Source: Halocafeteria seosinensis
Lineage: Eukaryota
Direction: 5' to 3'
Assembly (NCBI GenBank): GCA_001687465.1
Contig: LVLI01000146.1
Location: forward strand, 1 to 64,000
Length of the DNA: 64,000 nucleotides
A model generated the notes under the pieces. The model saw nothing but the letters and a program-made list of their open reading frames with translations. It did no database searches and was not told the DNA's origin. This document shows, piece after piece, positions 22,291-33,913 of the stretch. A program made the position numbers and the translations under genes. Position 1 is the stretch's first letter. Each line of letters opens with the position of its first letter.

Positions 22291-24552
22291 ATGGGTGAAT
22301 ACTGGGGGTGGTTCCTTCTTAGGGGCCTGGCAGCATCTTCCTTGATGCTGGCGGCTGTAGAAGGTGAAGTTCTCTTTCGTGATGACTTTGATGACTTGAA
22401 TAACTGGGATACATACGACGACATAGTAACGACGAACTCAAACAATAATGCGAAATGTGATGGAAACAGTAACAGCATGCAAATCAGAAAGGATGGAACT
22501 ACTGGCGCCATTGATGTCGCCGTGCATACGTTGAACCAAGCCGAATGCATTGATTCCCTCTCCTTCTACTACTACGAATGGGAGAGCAGTAATGGTGGAG
22601 GAATCAGATTAGCAGATGAACATGGTAATACAATATTAGGAGTGGCAACGGATAATCCCCAGTTCAAAGTAGACGATGAGAATGGGATACAACAGGTCCG
22701 GAATAGTCTTCCGGGGTACAACTACGAACGCTGGATACATGTGACGATTTCGATTGACTGGGGAGCATCCGAATTTGGCGTAAGGTGGGAGGACGGCGAT
22801 CAAAGGGGCAAGTTCATTGAAGAAAGTTATGGTAGACCTCTGAAACAAACCGGCAAGGTGAAGGAATTGAAATGGTCAAATTTTGGTGGGAGTAAGTGGC
22901 GATCGGACAAAGACATGGATATGAGAATTTGCGCATTGGAATATTCATCTCCTTGTGATGGAGGTTATTCACTCATCCCCCAGTCTGGTTGCCGAGAATG
23001 TCCGAAGGGGTACTTTAGCGAGCGTGGGGAATCTTGCAAGAAGTGCCCGGCGGGGCACGAGGCAAATGAAGGGAAAACAAGCTGCAGCATTTGTCCTGCA
23101 GGAAAATATGTTTCCTTAGAAAAGATATGCGTGGATTGTCCAGACGGGGAAATTTCATCTGCGGGAGCACAAGAGTGCGTCCCACCCACGCCAGCTTCCT
23201 CTCCGACAAGCGCGAGGAGTTCGCCGTCGGCTACAGTTACTACAACGGCAAGCCTATCAGCTACACGCAGTCCCTCTAGAACAGCGACGATCACCTGTTT
23301 ACCGACCTCTTCGTATTCACCCTCCGTAACCACGGCATCCTCGACTTCGGCTATCCCTAAAATAGGTCGCCTGTGGGAGAGAATTGTGCCAATGTCCTAC
23401 TCACTTTCCTCCTCGCTTTCGATCGAAAACCTCGTACGTCCAGCGGATGCGGTATATTATACAATGGATGCCACAAATAGCATGTATCTTCTTGCTGTAA
23501 AAGAAACACATTTGACAGAAACATCTCGAAAGATTGGTATGCAGCCGAAAGGCAATACTATAAGGTATCACACAGCTTTATACCGGATATACTGCGAACA
23601 AGCATTTAACTGCAAAGCTAACGACCTTCTGTTTCAGCCTCTTGCCAATATTTCCTCCACAGCATATGGTCCTTGGGGCCGCTTGTTCCGCCGTGATCCA
23701 ATGCTGTGGGCTAATGGGGATGGATGGTCGAATGGCACTAGGCATTCAATCTTGGTGTATGGAGGTTGGCGAATCCAGCCGAATGGGAAGCTTTTCTATC
23801 TCAAGGATATGTGGGTATGGAATTCGGACATGGCCAGTTGGAGTGTTGCTACATCCACCGGTACAAAGCCCGAGGGAAGAACGGGAGGCGTTACGTGGAT
23901 TTGCCGTAAAGCCGGTGGGGCCATGCACTACTTGTTCGGAGGATCCTCATCATCATCATCAGAGTTTCAAAGCGACTTATGGATGTTCCCATATCCGGAA
24001 GCTCAAGTGATATGGTCAGAGGTGCGTCAAACAGACTTTATTGACCGCCCTGCTCCTCGGGCTAGATCTATTGTTTGGATGCCACCGGGAAAGAACTCCT
24101 TGGTATATGTATTTGGGGGAGTCGGCCTCGAGCCCAAGTACGAATCAGGTACCAATGCCGCGAAACTCGTCGAATTTGGTGATTTATGGGAATATGATTG
24201 CGAACACGAGCAATGGCGGGAAATATGGACCGCTTTTGCATCGCTGGCTCCTCAGTTTGCGGGCGCTCTAGCAACTGTTTCTTTCGTTTATCAAACCCGC
24301 GTACTTGTGCATCGCCCACCACACGTCAATGCAATTTGGGAATTCAACCTTGAATCCGCGAAATGGTCAAAACTGTTCAGCAATAGCTCATCTACCATGA
24401 AGCAATTTTTTCAATCCCAAAATGGGATTTCTCATGCTTTGGAAGAGCGCGAAAAAATGCATTTGTTGCAATACCGCTTCGATCAACCGACAGACATAGC
24501 AATGCTGACTTTGCAGCATGCAGCTTTAGATGATTCAGTTGCAGCAACTTGA
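22291..24552 (+). CDS. Secreted protein copy 2: signal peptide, beta-rich domain, CxxC repeats, S/T linker, kelch beta-propeller region
   Basis: Paralogous N-terminal domain (SLSFYYYEWE.SNGGGIRLAD). Kelch motifs LVYGG..DMWVW, YLFGG..DLW and VYVFGG..GDLWEY. Confidence 0.85.
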   Translation: MGEYWGWFLLRGLAASSLMLAAVEGEVLFRDDFDDLNNWDTYDDIVTTNSNNNAKCDGNSNSMQIRKDGTTGAIDVAVHTLNQAECIDSLSFYYYEWESSNGGGIRLADEHGNTILGVATDNPQFKVDDENGIQQVRNSLPGYNYERWIHVTISIDWGASEFGVRWEDGDQRGKFIEESYGRPLKQTGKVKELKWSNFGGSKWRSDKDMDMRICALEYSSPCDGGYSLIPQSGCRECPKGYFSERGESCKKCPAGHEANEGKTSCSICPAGKYVSLEKICVDCPDGEISSAGAQECVPPTPASSPTSARSSPSATVTTTASLSATRSPSRTATITCLPTSSYSPSVTTASSTSAIPKIGRLWERIVPMSYSLSSSLSIENLVRPADAVYYTMDATNSMYLLAVKETHLTETSRKIGMQPKGNTIRYHTALYRIYCEQAFNCKANDLLFQPLANISSTAYGPWGRLFRRDPMLWANGDGWSNGTRHSILVYGGWRIQPNGKLFYLKDMWVWNSDMASWSVATSTGTKPEGRTGGVTWICRKAGGAMHYLFGGSSSSSSEFQSDLWMFPYPEAQVIWSEVRQTDFIDRPAPRARSIVWMPPGKNSLVYVFGGVGLEPKYESGTNAAKLVEFGDLWEYDCEHEQWREIWTAFASLAPQFAGALATVSFVYQTRVLVHRPPHVNAIWEFNLESAKWSKLFSNSSSTMKQFFQSQNGISHALEEREKMHLLQYRFDQPTDIAMLTLQHAALDDSVAAT

Positions 24553-25291
24553 CTGTGTATTATCAACGACGAAAATATATGTTGCTGACTAACAGAGCTG
24601 ATGCTGCAAATCAGCTTTGATGCGACAGAGGTATCTGTGCTTTGGTATCAAACAATGCGAGCGAAATGATGGTTGTTCCAGGGAAGACCACTTTTCTGCT
24701 GAGAGATAGTGAGACCACACATGTCGAATACAGACAAACTGCTTGGTAAAGACTCGTAAAATGTGTTGATACAGAAAACAATTGTTGATGAGGACGATCA
24801 ACTGCAATCAGTTTGCTCTCACAGCATTGTCCACAGGCCTCGGACTGACAGACAAAGAGGTTGCAGTTTGCTTCAGGTTCCACCAACGTTGGTGCAACTT
24901 AGACTGGAGACATGGTTGTCAATTTGTCTGGTCCTAATTCGTTCCCTAGAATCCTGATTCGCACTTCCGTGCTACCGTGCTACCTTCATCCAGTAGCATC
25001 TAAACCCTAAGTAAAGTAAATTCAGTGTCTTGGATTCCACTCCTTGTGGAAGAGCGTCCAGGAAGACTCAATGACATGAGTCAATGTTCAACTCCGTGTC
25101 TGAAGTTCAGGTTCCCATGAGCATACCGGCTTCCGCCTTTGCCGCACTCCCAAGGACGCAGGGCACTACTGTACTTACCCCTCCCAGACCCATCGTTATC
25201 AGCCGTCAATCTCGTCGGGATTGTTATTTCTTTGCAACTGAGGAGTGTCTCATGTTTTTGGTTTTTTAATGGATAGAATTGAGCAAGAAAT

Positions 25292-28200
25292 ATGGCCGGC
25301 AGAACCTCAATGGTAGTGCTTGGCCTCGTTATTACGAGTGTGGCGTACTGTGTGAACGGGTCTCAGTTTCATTTCCGTGATAATTTCGAAAATCCAGACC
25401 ATTGGGAGATTGCAGCTTCTGGTGGTGTCGGTCGACCTACGACGAATTCTGAATCGTGCAATGGAGGGGAAAGTAAGAGTATGCAAGTAGAGCGTATGCC
25501 TCCATCCTTCCAGCGTATGGATATCGCGACCCACGAGGTGGATAACCCTGCCCAATTACATTGGCTTTCGTACTTCTACCAAGATCTAGGCGATCAAACT
25601 ACTGGAAACAACTATCGTGGTGGAGGAATCAGATTATACGATGGGGACACCATGTTGTTAGGCCTGGCAGCCTACCACGGGGAGCTTATCGTTGACAACG
25701 GTGGCAACACGACAGCATTGCCCAGAAATGACACGTCCAATCCATGGATGCGTGTTCAAGTGACAATGCTATGGACAGAACAACAGTTCCACATACGGTG
25801 GAAAACTCAAGAGGACCAATTAATCGGTGGAAAAGTCGTCGACATGGGACAGTGGACCAGTGCTTCGACGAACATTACCACTGTGAAATGGTCCAAATTT
25901 GGTGGTAGTGTGGCAGACTGGACCGACGAGGGGGATATGTATATGAGGATCTGTGCTTTCGAGTACGACAGATGCAGTCCGGGTTATGCTTTTAATCACA
26001 GGACCTCCTCGTGTGCCATGTGTCCGAAGGGATTCTACAGTTCCAACGGCGAAGGATGTAGGAGATGCGCCAACGATATGTCGACACCTCAAGAGGGCAC
26101 AACCGCTGCATCGGGTTGTATCAGAGGAATCACTCTCTTCCGTGATACGTTTGACACTTTGGAGTACTGGTCTACCATTGAAAGCGTTCAACTCTCTGAA
26201 AGAGGCTGTGACGACAGCAGCCGAAGCATGCAAATCACCGAGCACTCCGGTACAAGCAGCGTCGATATTGCAATACATGAACTCGAAGATCCTGCTAAAC
26301 TGTATTCAATGTCTTTCATATATCGCCAACAGACTACTGGCACCGTGGGAGGGATACGACTAGCTGATGTAGAAAATAGTACGCTCCTTGGTGTAGCAGC
26401 ATGGTATTCTGGACTGATGGTGGATGACGGACATAGAATTGACATTTTAGGCGTGGGTACGGGGAGTTCACTTTTAATATGGAACAAAGTGCAAGTGAGA
26501 TTAAACTGGGAAGAAAGAAGGTTTGAAGTTATATGGACGGGAATTAAGGATGGCAGTCTATTCTTTCATACGAAATGGTACGAGCTTCATTCCAACTCTA
26601 CTGGCGTAAAATTTGCGAAATGGTCGAATGCTAACGTCTATGGCTGGGAAAAAGATGCGGAGATAGATATGGGTATTTGCACACTGGAGTACGAAAAATG
26701 CACCGGGGGATATTTCTATACTGGGAATGAAACAACGTGCTCTGAATGCCCACCCGGCTTTTACAGCTCCAATGGAGAAAACTGTAAACCATGTCCCGCG
26801 GGAAGCTACTCTCGCAATGCTGGCTCCCCTACGTGTAATATTTGTGACCCTGGCACCGGGAGCCTTGCAGGTTCGGGAAAGTGCATTACGTGTAAAATTG
26901 GAGAATTCAGCAAGGGAGGAGAGCCCTGCAAGAATTGCCCTGCAGGGAAGACAACGTACGATGTCGGAGCGAACACGTGCATATCCCCCACTCCAAGCGT
27001 GACTCCAACACCGACGAACACCAGAACTCCATCTATAACTCCGGCCAGAACGAGCACTAGCACGAGATCTCGTACACCCACTCGCACACCTACCTGCACA
27101 ACGACATCTTCCTTTTCCCCGTCAACATCGCCCTCGACTACTGCGTCTGTCTCACTGGTACCGAAAATAGAGAGGCTGGAAGAGACCGAGGTAAATGCAT
27201 CGTACTCCTCTTTCGGATCTCCGTCGATTCGAGCTCTGATACGCTCGATACACGGTATATCCCATTCAAGGGATAAGTCAAACAGTATATACATTCTCGC
27301 TCAGAGTGTAACGTCTTCTAGAGCTGTAGCGTTCCACATGGACAATGACCCGGATGCGGAAGTGGCTGTGGAGCATCAAAGCTCATTGTATCGCATACAG
27401 TGTGAGTCGGGAGTAGGGTACAACTGCAGGATGAACGACCTGCAGTTCCAGCTTCTTACTCAAGTCACTTCTTTAGATACGTGGGTGGGAGAACGTCTCT
27501 TCAGAAATGACCCTATGTTGTGGGTAGTTGATTCCTTTCTGCAGTGTTTTTGTATGGAGGATGGCGTATCCGCTCGGATGGAGGTTTGGAGCAATTGCAC
27601 GATCTGTGGGTATGGAGTCCAGAAGTGTCCAGTTGGAGTGCAGTTAGAGAGGCCAGTGATAGCACTACACCGCCAGTCGAGTAGGTGGTATAACATGGAG
27701 CTATTGTAAAGATGACCGGACTATACTGTATTTATTTGGTGGAATTTCGTCTTCTTCGACCTTTCACAATGACATCTGGATGTTCGAGTGGCCGGCACAA
27801 AAAATATCTTGGTCACTATTGCCTGGGACGAACAGTACGCGACCATCTCCTCGATCTCATTCTAGCGTTTGGTATTCTCCGGTGAAAGAATCACTTATTT
27901 ACGTGTTCGGCGGTCGGGGACTGGTCCTTCATCCCGATGTAGAAAGCGTTGCAGCACCTAGAGTCGCTGAGTTTGGTGACCTGTGGTCTTACGATTGTGA
28001 GAGGGAGGTCTGGAGAGAGTTATGGAGCCCGTTTACACCATTATGGGCCAGGTCGATGGACAGTCTGGTAGGCGCTTCATTCATCCTCAAAGATTTCGTT
28101 CTCGTGTTGCGTCGACAGGTGGAACGCCGGATGTTGTGGAAATTCGATCTTCACTCGGGTGAATGGTCGAAGGTACCAGTGGATATAGCCCCATCTCTGG

Positions 28201-28328
28201 AAGAGCAGTTTCTGGACAATAGAGGAATCGTACACTCTATGAAGGATGAACAAGGAGTGCAACTGCTCCAGTACCGATTTGAGGGTCCTGATGATATAGC
28301 TGTCTTGACATTAGAGGGACTACGCTGA
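25292..28328 (+). CDS. Secreted protein copy 3: duplicated N-terminal domain plus CxxC repeats, T/P-rich linker, kelch region split by two apparent frameshifts
   Basis: Two F(R)D.F..W / GGIRL / M.IC.(F/L)EY units. Kelch homology to copy 2 continues in two other frames (VFLYGGWRIR from ~27541; RVGGITW..LYLFGG from ~27678). Confidence 0.75.
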
Positions 28329-28504
28329 AGTACTATCGCACAAGCCCTAACACCACCGCTCAGAAATGGAACTGGAACGACCTAGTCATGATACTCAGTA
28401 GCAAGGAAATCTTTGGAAAGAATGTCTGCATGCGAGAAAAAGAAGCGTCCGAACATGCGTATGGTATCTGCTGTGTGTTCTTTAAGTATCGGAAGTCAGT
28501 GCAA

Positions 28505-31303
28505 TCATCTTGACACCCCCAGTAGATTTCCCGTTTTACCCATAGTGGGGGTTGTCCCTTTTGGGCGACCTTGCTGCCGCTTTTTGATATTGACATATTT
28601 AACAGGCTCGATTACTTCACCAGCGCGGGAAACGTCCTCTGGACGATTGAGGTCTTGCACGGCAGAAAGGGTGTTCCATTCTTTGCCGAGTGGGGTCTGT
28701 AGAGCGCGTTCGTAATGTTCCTTCGAAGAAAATGGATACGGCGTTTTGTCCACTTGATGCTCTGCAAGCTTCCTATCTCGTTTTTCTGAGATGTATACGT
28801 TTGATAATTTACTGTCCTTTCGACCCTTTAACTCTTCGCGGATTTTCTCTTCTTTTTGTTTTTCTTTCTGCTTTTGGTCTCTCTTTATTCGCCGCTTTTT
28901 GCCCTTAGGAATGGGTACACCTTCCGGGAACTTGTTAATTCCCATTCCTGTCCATTCTCCCCATCCTTTGTTGCTATCTCCCACCTCCTCCTTGTTTGCT
29001 TCTGTTGTTTCTCTCTTTTCTTTATCTAATTCGGCTTCATCGTATTCTGGAGCAACAGCGAAAGCTCGTCTAATCAACTCTTCTTGCTCTGTAGCTCGCC
29101 CTCTCTTTTGTCCGGGGCGATCCTTGTTTTCTTGGTTCGTCTTCCGCTTTCCTTGCTGCCTTTGTTGGTCAAGTTGGTTTAGCCTCTGGATACCAGTTTG
29201 TACGTTTAGTTGTAGTTTCTCCGTGGAAGCTGATTCTTCCACTTCCGTCCCTGCACGTTCACTTCTTACACCCGTTCGTTGCTTGCCAGACTTCGCCCTT
29301 GAAGAGTTTGACTGCAGAGATGAATCCATCCATGGATTGGAAGAGATCTGATCCATTTGTAAAGGCGGAGACTGGACATGACTGTCGTTGCTGCCGATAT
29401 CGACAGTCATAACGCCCGTCGTCTTCGCTCTGTGAGACCGATCGCCACTAGCAGGGCTTCGTCTCGCTGGACCTGAATGCTTACCGTTCACGTCGTTCGA
29501 AGCACTCGCCACTGGATAAGTATCGATGCCTCCATGGAAAGATCGCCTACTCTGCTGAATATTGCCGCTTGTATCGTCATCAGATTCATCATCGGAAGCG
29601 GAGCCACCCTTAGCGTGCCGAATCTTTCTGTCGAATTCTTCAGCTTGCTGCAACGCTTCTTCTTGTATCTGGTTTTGCTGCCTCTCTCGGGCTTTCTGCA
29701 TGAATTTCAAACCGGCTAAGCCTTCCTCTCCGCCATTCTTCTGTCTTTCTACAACATTACCCTGCTCATCGAGCCCAGCGTCTCTTAGGATTTTTCTTCT
29801 CATTTTTTTCAGCTTCGCAATGTCGTTGTCGTCGCTTTCGGAGCCTTCCGAATCATCGTCCGCGGAATTTTGCTGGTCTCCACCATTAATGCGGTCCCTT
29901 AGCTCTTTTTCTCTCAGTAGTTCTTCTTCAGCTTCCTCTTTTGAAGGCCTTCCTGAAGTCCCAGAGCTAATTGCAAGCGTCTTCCGGGCCATATGGCTTG
30001 CATTTTGCTTCTTCTGGGTCATGCGTTCCGTTGCCTTGGCAAGTGCTTCTTCCTCCTCCAGCCTTCTGGCGGCTTCAGGATCAGCCTTCTTGAGTCTTTC
30101 GCGTTCTTTCTCAGCATCTCGCAAACGTTGCCTCTTTTTCATCTTCCGATACCCTTTTGATTTGATGCGGTTAGCGCGTTGCCGTTTCTTTTCGTCATAA
30201 AACATGAGAGCTTTCAATTTTGCTAGTTGCTTCTGTCGTTGTCGCAGATCTTCTTTCGAGACGGTTCGCTCCTCTAGTTCATGAGTTTCATCTTGCACTA
30301 CAGCACCTTCATGCTCCATGCCTGCAGAGCTTAACGCTGCTGCCACCTCCTGCTCCATACCAGTTTCTGCTTGGAATTTACCCGCCAAAGCGGCAGATGT
30401 TAGCGGAGATTTGATTTCGTTAGGCAAAGCCTTCCGATTCTCATGTGTGTACGACAAGTGGGGGGCATTTCTGTTTGCCCTTACAATACCTTGCCATCGG
30501 GATACTTCCTGGGATGTATAATTGTAAGCGGCTCTTCGCGTAGCCCGCTCTTCGACAGCATTCGAGGGTCTCTCTTTGAGAGCAGCCTCACCTTTTGATA
30601 GACCCTCTAGTTTTTTCTTGAGTTCACTGTAGTTGCCTTTGTCTTTCAAACTGCTCAGCAAAGAATTAATGGAGAGCCCTTGGCCCTCATTTGATTCTCC
30701 CATCTCATTTCCAGCGGCAACATTAAACTCGTTTTCCGGAACAGCTTCGTCCCGAACGGACAAGAAGTAGTTGTTTCGCTTGCCTCCTTCCTCTTGCTGT
30801 CCCTTCTGGTTCTCCTCATGAGAATACCCTAAACTAGCCAATAATTGTCGCCGATTGGCTTCATTATCATCGTTATTATCGTCGTCATCATAATCTTCCT
30901 CCATTTGCTGGTGGTTTTGACGCCGTTTTCTTGCTTTTTCCGTGGACGCAATGTGAGCGTCAAGCATATCGAGGATTGTATCACCTTCAGGCTCTACTTC
31001 ATCATCATCTTCATCTTCGCTATCGCCCCCTGAAGCATCAGAAGAGCTATCGTTATCCATTTGTTGTCTGTGGCTGCCTCCCTTTTGCTTCTTGAAAACA
31101 TCGCCATAGAGAGCCTCATCTTCAGAGTTGAACGCCGCGTCCTCGTCGATCTCTTCATCCTCCTCTTGACGACCTTGTCCATCGGCTGGAGCGCCCTCAT
31201 CGGCTTCGAAAGACTCTACAGACTCGTTTTCATCGTCGCTGTAGACGTCTTGCGTCTGCTTGGGGCGACGGATCGGTCTCTGTTTACCTCGTTTTTTCGC
31301 CAT
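28505..31303 (-). CDS. UTP14: U3 snoRNA-associated protein 14 (SSU processome)
   Basis: RRAAY, LAKLKALMFYDEKKRQRANRIKSKGYRK, GWGEWTG, PYPFSSKEHYERALQTPLGKEWNT. Intronless ORF. Confidence 0.93.
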   Translation of the reverse strand: MAKKRGKQRPIRRPKQTQDVYSDDENESVESFEADEGAPADGQGRQEEDEEIDEDAAFNSEDEALYGDVFKKQKGGSHRQQMDNDSSSDASGGDSEDEDDDEVEPEGDTILDMLDAHIASTEKARKRRQNHQQMEEDYDDDDNNDDNEANRRQLLASLGYSHEENQKGQQEEGGKRNNYFLSVRDEAVPENEFNVAAGNEMGESNEGQGLSINSLLSSLKDKGNYSELKKKLEGLSKGEAALKERPSNAVEERATRRAAYNYTSQEVSRWQGIVRANRNAPHLSYTHENRKALPNEIKSPLTSAALAGKFQAETGMEQEVAAALSSAGMEHEGAVVQDETHELEERTVSKEDLRQRQKQLAKLKALMFYDEKKRQRANRIKSKGYRKMKKRQRLRDAEKERERLKKADPEAARRLEEEEALAKATERMTQKKQNASHMARKTLAISSGTSGRPSKEEAEEELLREKELRDRINGGDQQNSADDDSEGSESDDNDIAKLKKMRRKILRDAGLDEQGNVVERQKNGGEEGLAGLKFMQKARERQQNQIQEEALQQAEEFDRKIRHAKGGSASDDESDDDTSGNIQQSRRSFHGGIDTYPVASASNDVNGKHSGPARRSPASGDRSHRAKTTGVMTVDIGSNDSHVQSPPLQMDQISSNPWMDSSLQSNSSRAKSGKQRTGVRSERAGTEVEESASTEKLQLNVQTGIQRLNQLDQQRQQGKRKTNQENKDRPGQKRGRATEQEELIRRAFAVAPEYDEAELDKEKRETTEANKEEVGDSNKGWGEWTGMGINKFPEGVPIPKGKKRRIKRDQKQKEKQKEEKIREELKGRKDSKLSNVYISEKRDRKLAEHQVDKTPYPFSSKEHYERALQTPLGKEWNTLSAVQDLNRPEDVSRAGEVIEPVKYVNIKKRQQGRPKGTTPTMGKTGNLLGVSR

Positions 31304-32132
31304 TTTACTCCGATTTCCCACTTTATTCTAAACTAAAATGTTTCAACCACTTTATTATCCCTTTTCTGGTGTCAAAAACACCTAAAAGAGCACTTAATAA
31401 GCCCTCAAGACTCCAAAAATCACTCTCAAGTTGAAGTGACACGAACCTCAACTTCAACTTAATAAGTAGCAGAAAAGATTGTCGTCTATCTTGAGCTTCC
31501 CAAGATATCACATCTTGCCGCTATCGGGAATTGACCACGAATTTTCCATCTATTACACTTCGTCCGGAAGTTGATACTGTTTCTTTGCCAAACGCCTGTG
31601 ATTTGGTAGTTTATTCACCCTCGTGATTGCATACACAATCGAGTAAAACTTCAAGTTCTTATTTCCATTGTTCTTATTTCGACACAATGAGCGCTCAAAC
31701 AAGAGTACGTAGCACTTTTTCCACTCGTATTTGAGGCCAACCGTGTATTATTTTCTGTGGCGAAATTACGTAAGCTATTCGGAGGGAGAGAAGAAGAAGT
31801 AATGAAGCGAAAAGAAAGGGGAAGTGGAATGGGAACAATTCCTGTTCCGGGTCGAGACTTTGAGGGCATTATTCACCACATTGCAGCGTATAATGGGTCC
31901 TTTCAAAGGTACCATTAGAATCAGCAGGTAGAGATTGTCAAGGAGTTCTGGAAAGTGAAAAATGGTGGTAAAAGTGAATAGAAAAGGGTACGCCGCCTCA
32001 AGAGGTCATCTGACGTGTTGCTTACGCAAGTTAATGCTTTTCACCCCTCAAATGGCGTTGTTTCTGACGTAATGATTGTGTTCTATGCTAGTCCCTTCAC
32101 GGCGCGTGTTAACTCTTTGGCTATCTGCGCAG

Positions 32133-33671
32133 CAACTCGCTGGAAACACTCCTCTCAAGGAGCATGATCCTGAATTGTACGACATTATCGAGCTCGAGAA
32201 GCACCGCCAATGGTCTTGCTTGGAGTTGATTGCCTCTGAAGTAAGTCTTCCCGCACGCACCAGGTGGCGTAAGCTCTTTTATAGCTGTGTATGATGTCCC
32301 TTCTGCCGCAGAACTTCACCTCTCAAGCTGTCATTGACTGCTTGGGCTCCGCCTTGACGAACAAGTACGCCGAGGGTCTCCCTGGTGCTCGGTACTATGG
32401 TGGGAATGAGCACATCGACAAGGTCGAGAAGCTGTGCCAGCAACGTGCCCTCGAAGCTTTCAGCTTGAACTCGGAAGAGTGGGGAGTGAATGTACAACCT
32501 TACTCCGGCTCTCCCGCCAACTTTGCCGTATACACCGGTCTGTTGAACCCTCATGACCGTATTATGGGATTGGACTTGCCTTCCGGAGGCCACTTGACCC
32601 ACGGTTTCTACACCTACAGCCCCAAGGAAGGACAGCGTAAGGCTATCTCTGCTACCAGTATCTACTTCGAGAGTATGCCTTACAAAATTCAGGATAGCGA
32701 TGGATACATTGACTACGACAAGTTGGAAGAAACAGCACAGGTTTTCCTTCCCAAGATGATCATTTGCGGTGGATCCGCCTACCCGCGTGAGTGGGACTAT
32801 GCTCGCTTCCGCCAAATCGCTGACAAGGTCGGCGCCTACTTGATGTGTGACATGGCTCATTACTCTGGTCTTGTTGCTACCAAGTTGTTGAACTCCCCGT
32901 TCGAATACTGTGACGTAGTGACCACCACTACACACAAGACTCTGCGAGGACCACGATCTGGAATGATTTTCTTCCGTAGAGATGAGAGAAACTTTGAGAA
33001 CAAAATCAACATGGCTGTCTTCCCTGGATTACAAGGTGGCCCACACGAGCACCAGATTGCCGCCGTTGCTACCCAGTTAAAGGAGGTTGCAACCCCTCAG
33101 TTCAAGGAATACGCACAACAGGTCCGAGCTAACGCCAAGGCCCTCGCTGACCGCTTGAAAGAGAAAGGATACAAATTGGTAACTGATGGTACTGAGAACC
33201 ACCTGGTACTGTGGGATCTCCGTCCTCAGGGGGTCACTGGATCCAAGTTGGAGTTCTTGTGTGACAAGGCCGGCATGACCATCAACAAGAACGCTGTCAA
33301 CGGAGACAAATCTGCTCTCTCCCCTGGTGGAATCAGGCTTGGAGCTGTAAGTAGTTTTCGTTCATATCTTTGGATGGTTTTACTTGCAACTAATTTAAGC
33401 ATATATTTTTCCCCTTAATTGACTGCAGTCTGCACTCACTTCTCGTGGTTTTAAGGAAGAGCACTTCAAGCAAGTGGCTGACTTGCTCGATGAGGCAGTG
33501 AACATTGCCAAGAACATCCAAGAGCAAGTAGGGAAGAAATTGAAAGACTTCACTCCTGCATTGGAAGGAAACAAAGAAGTCGAAGAATTGGGTAAGAAAG
33601 CCAAGAAGCTCGCAACTTCTTTCCCCATGCCTGGATTCGAAGTGGCCGAGATGAAGTACAACCAAGCATAA
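32133..33671 (+). CDS. SHMT: Serine hydroxymethyltransferase; first exon/start not resolved (candidate ATG near 32052)
   Basis: [34 protein letters not shown] lysine motif [11 protein letters not shown] and FPGLQGGPH. Introns at about 32241-32311 and 33347-33428. Confidence 0.97.
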
Positions 33672-33913
33672 GGCTAATGTGTTCATCATCGTCTTGGGAT
33701 TTATTTGTTATAGATTGTGTTGCTTCGTTAGATTGGCAAAAATTGGTATCAAGGGTCTATCGTATCCGTCCGTAGAGAATCTACGTGATCGAATAAAATG
33801 ATACACCCATTAAACTTAGTTAGTTCATACTCATTTCTCAAGCTGAAGGCGCAGGTAGATAGTGATTTCAGCGTTGGTTTGGTAGTTCACTGATTGGTTC
33901 ACATTACACTATA

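Noticed and set aside
25001..25010. Telomere-like taaaccctaa
   Set aside because: Single unit, expected by chance.
28690..31336. Long plus-strand ORFs opposite UTP14 (and similar ones opposite SHMT, TOP2 and the PRRC2-like gene)
   Set aside because: Antisense shadows of charged or low-complexity coding sequence.
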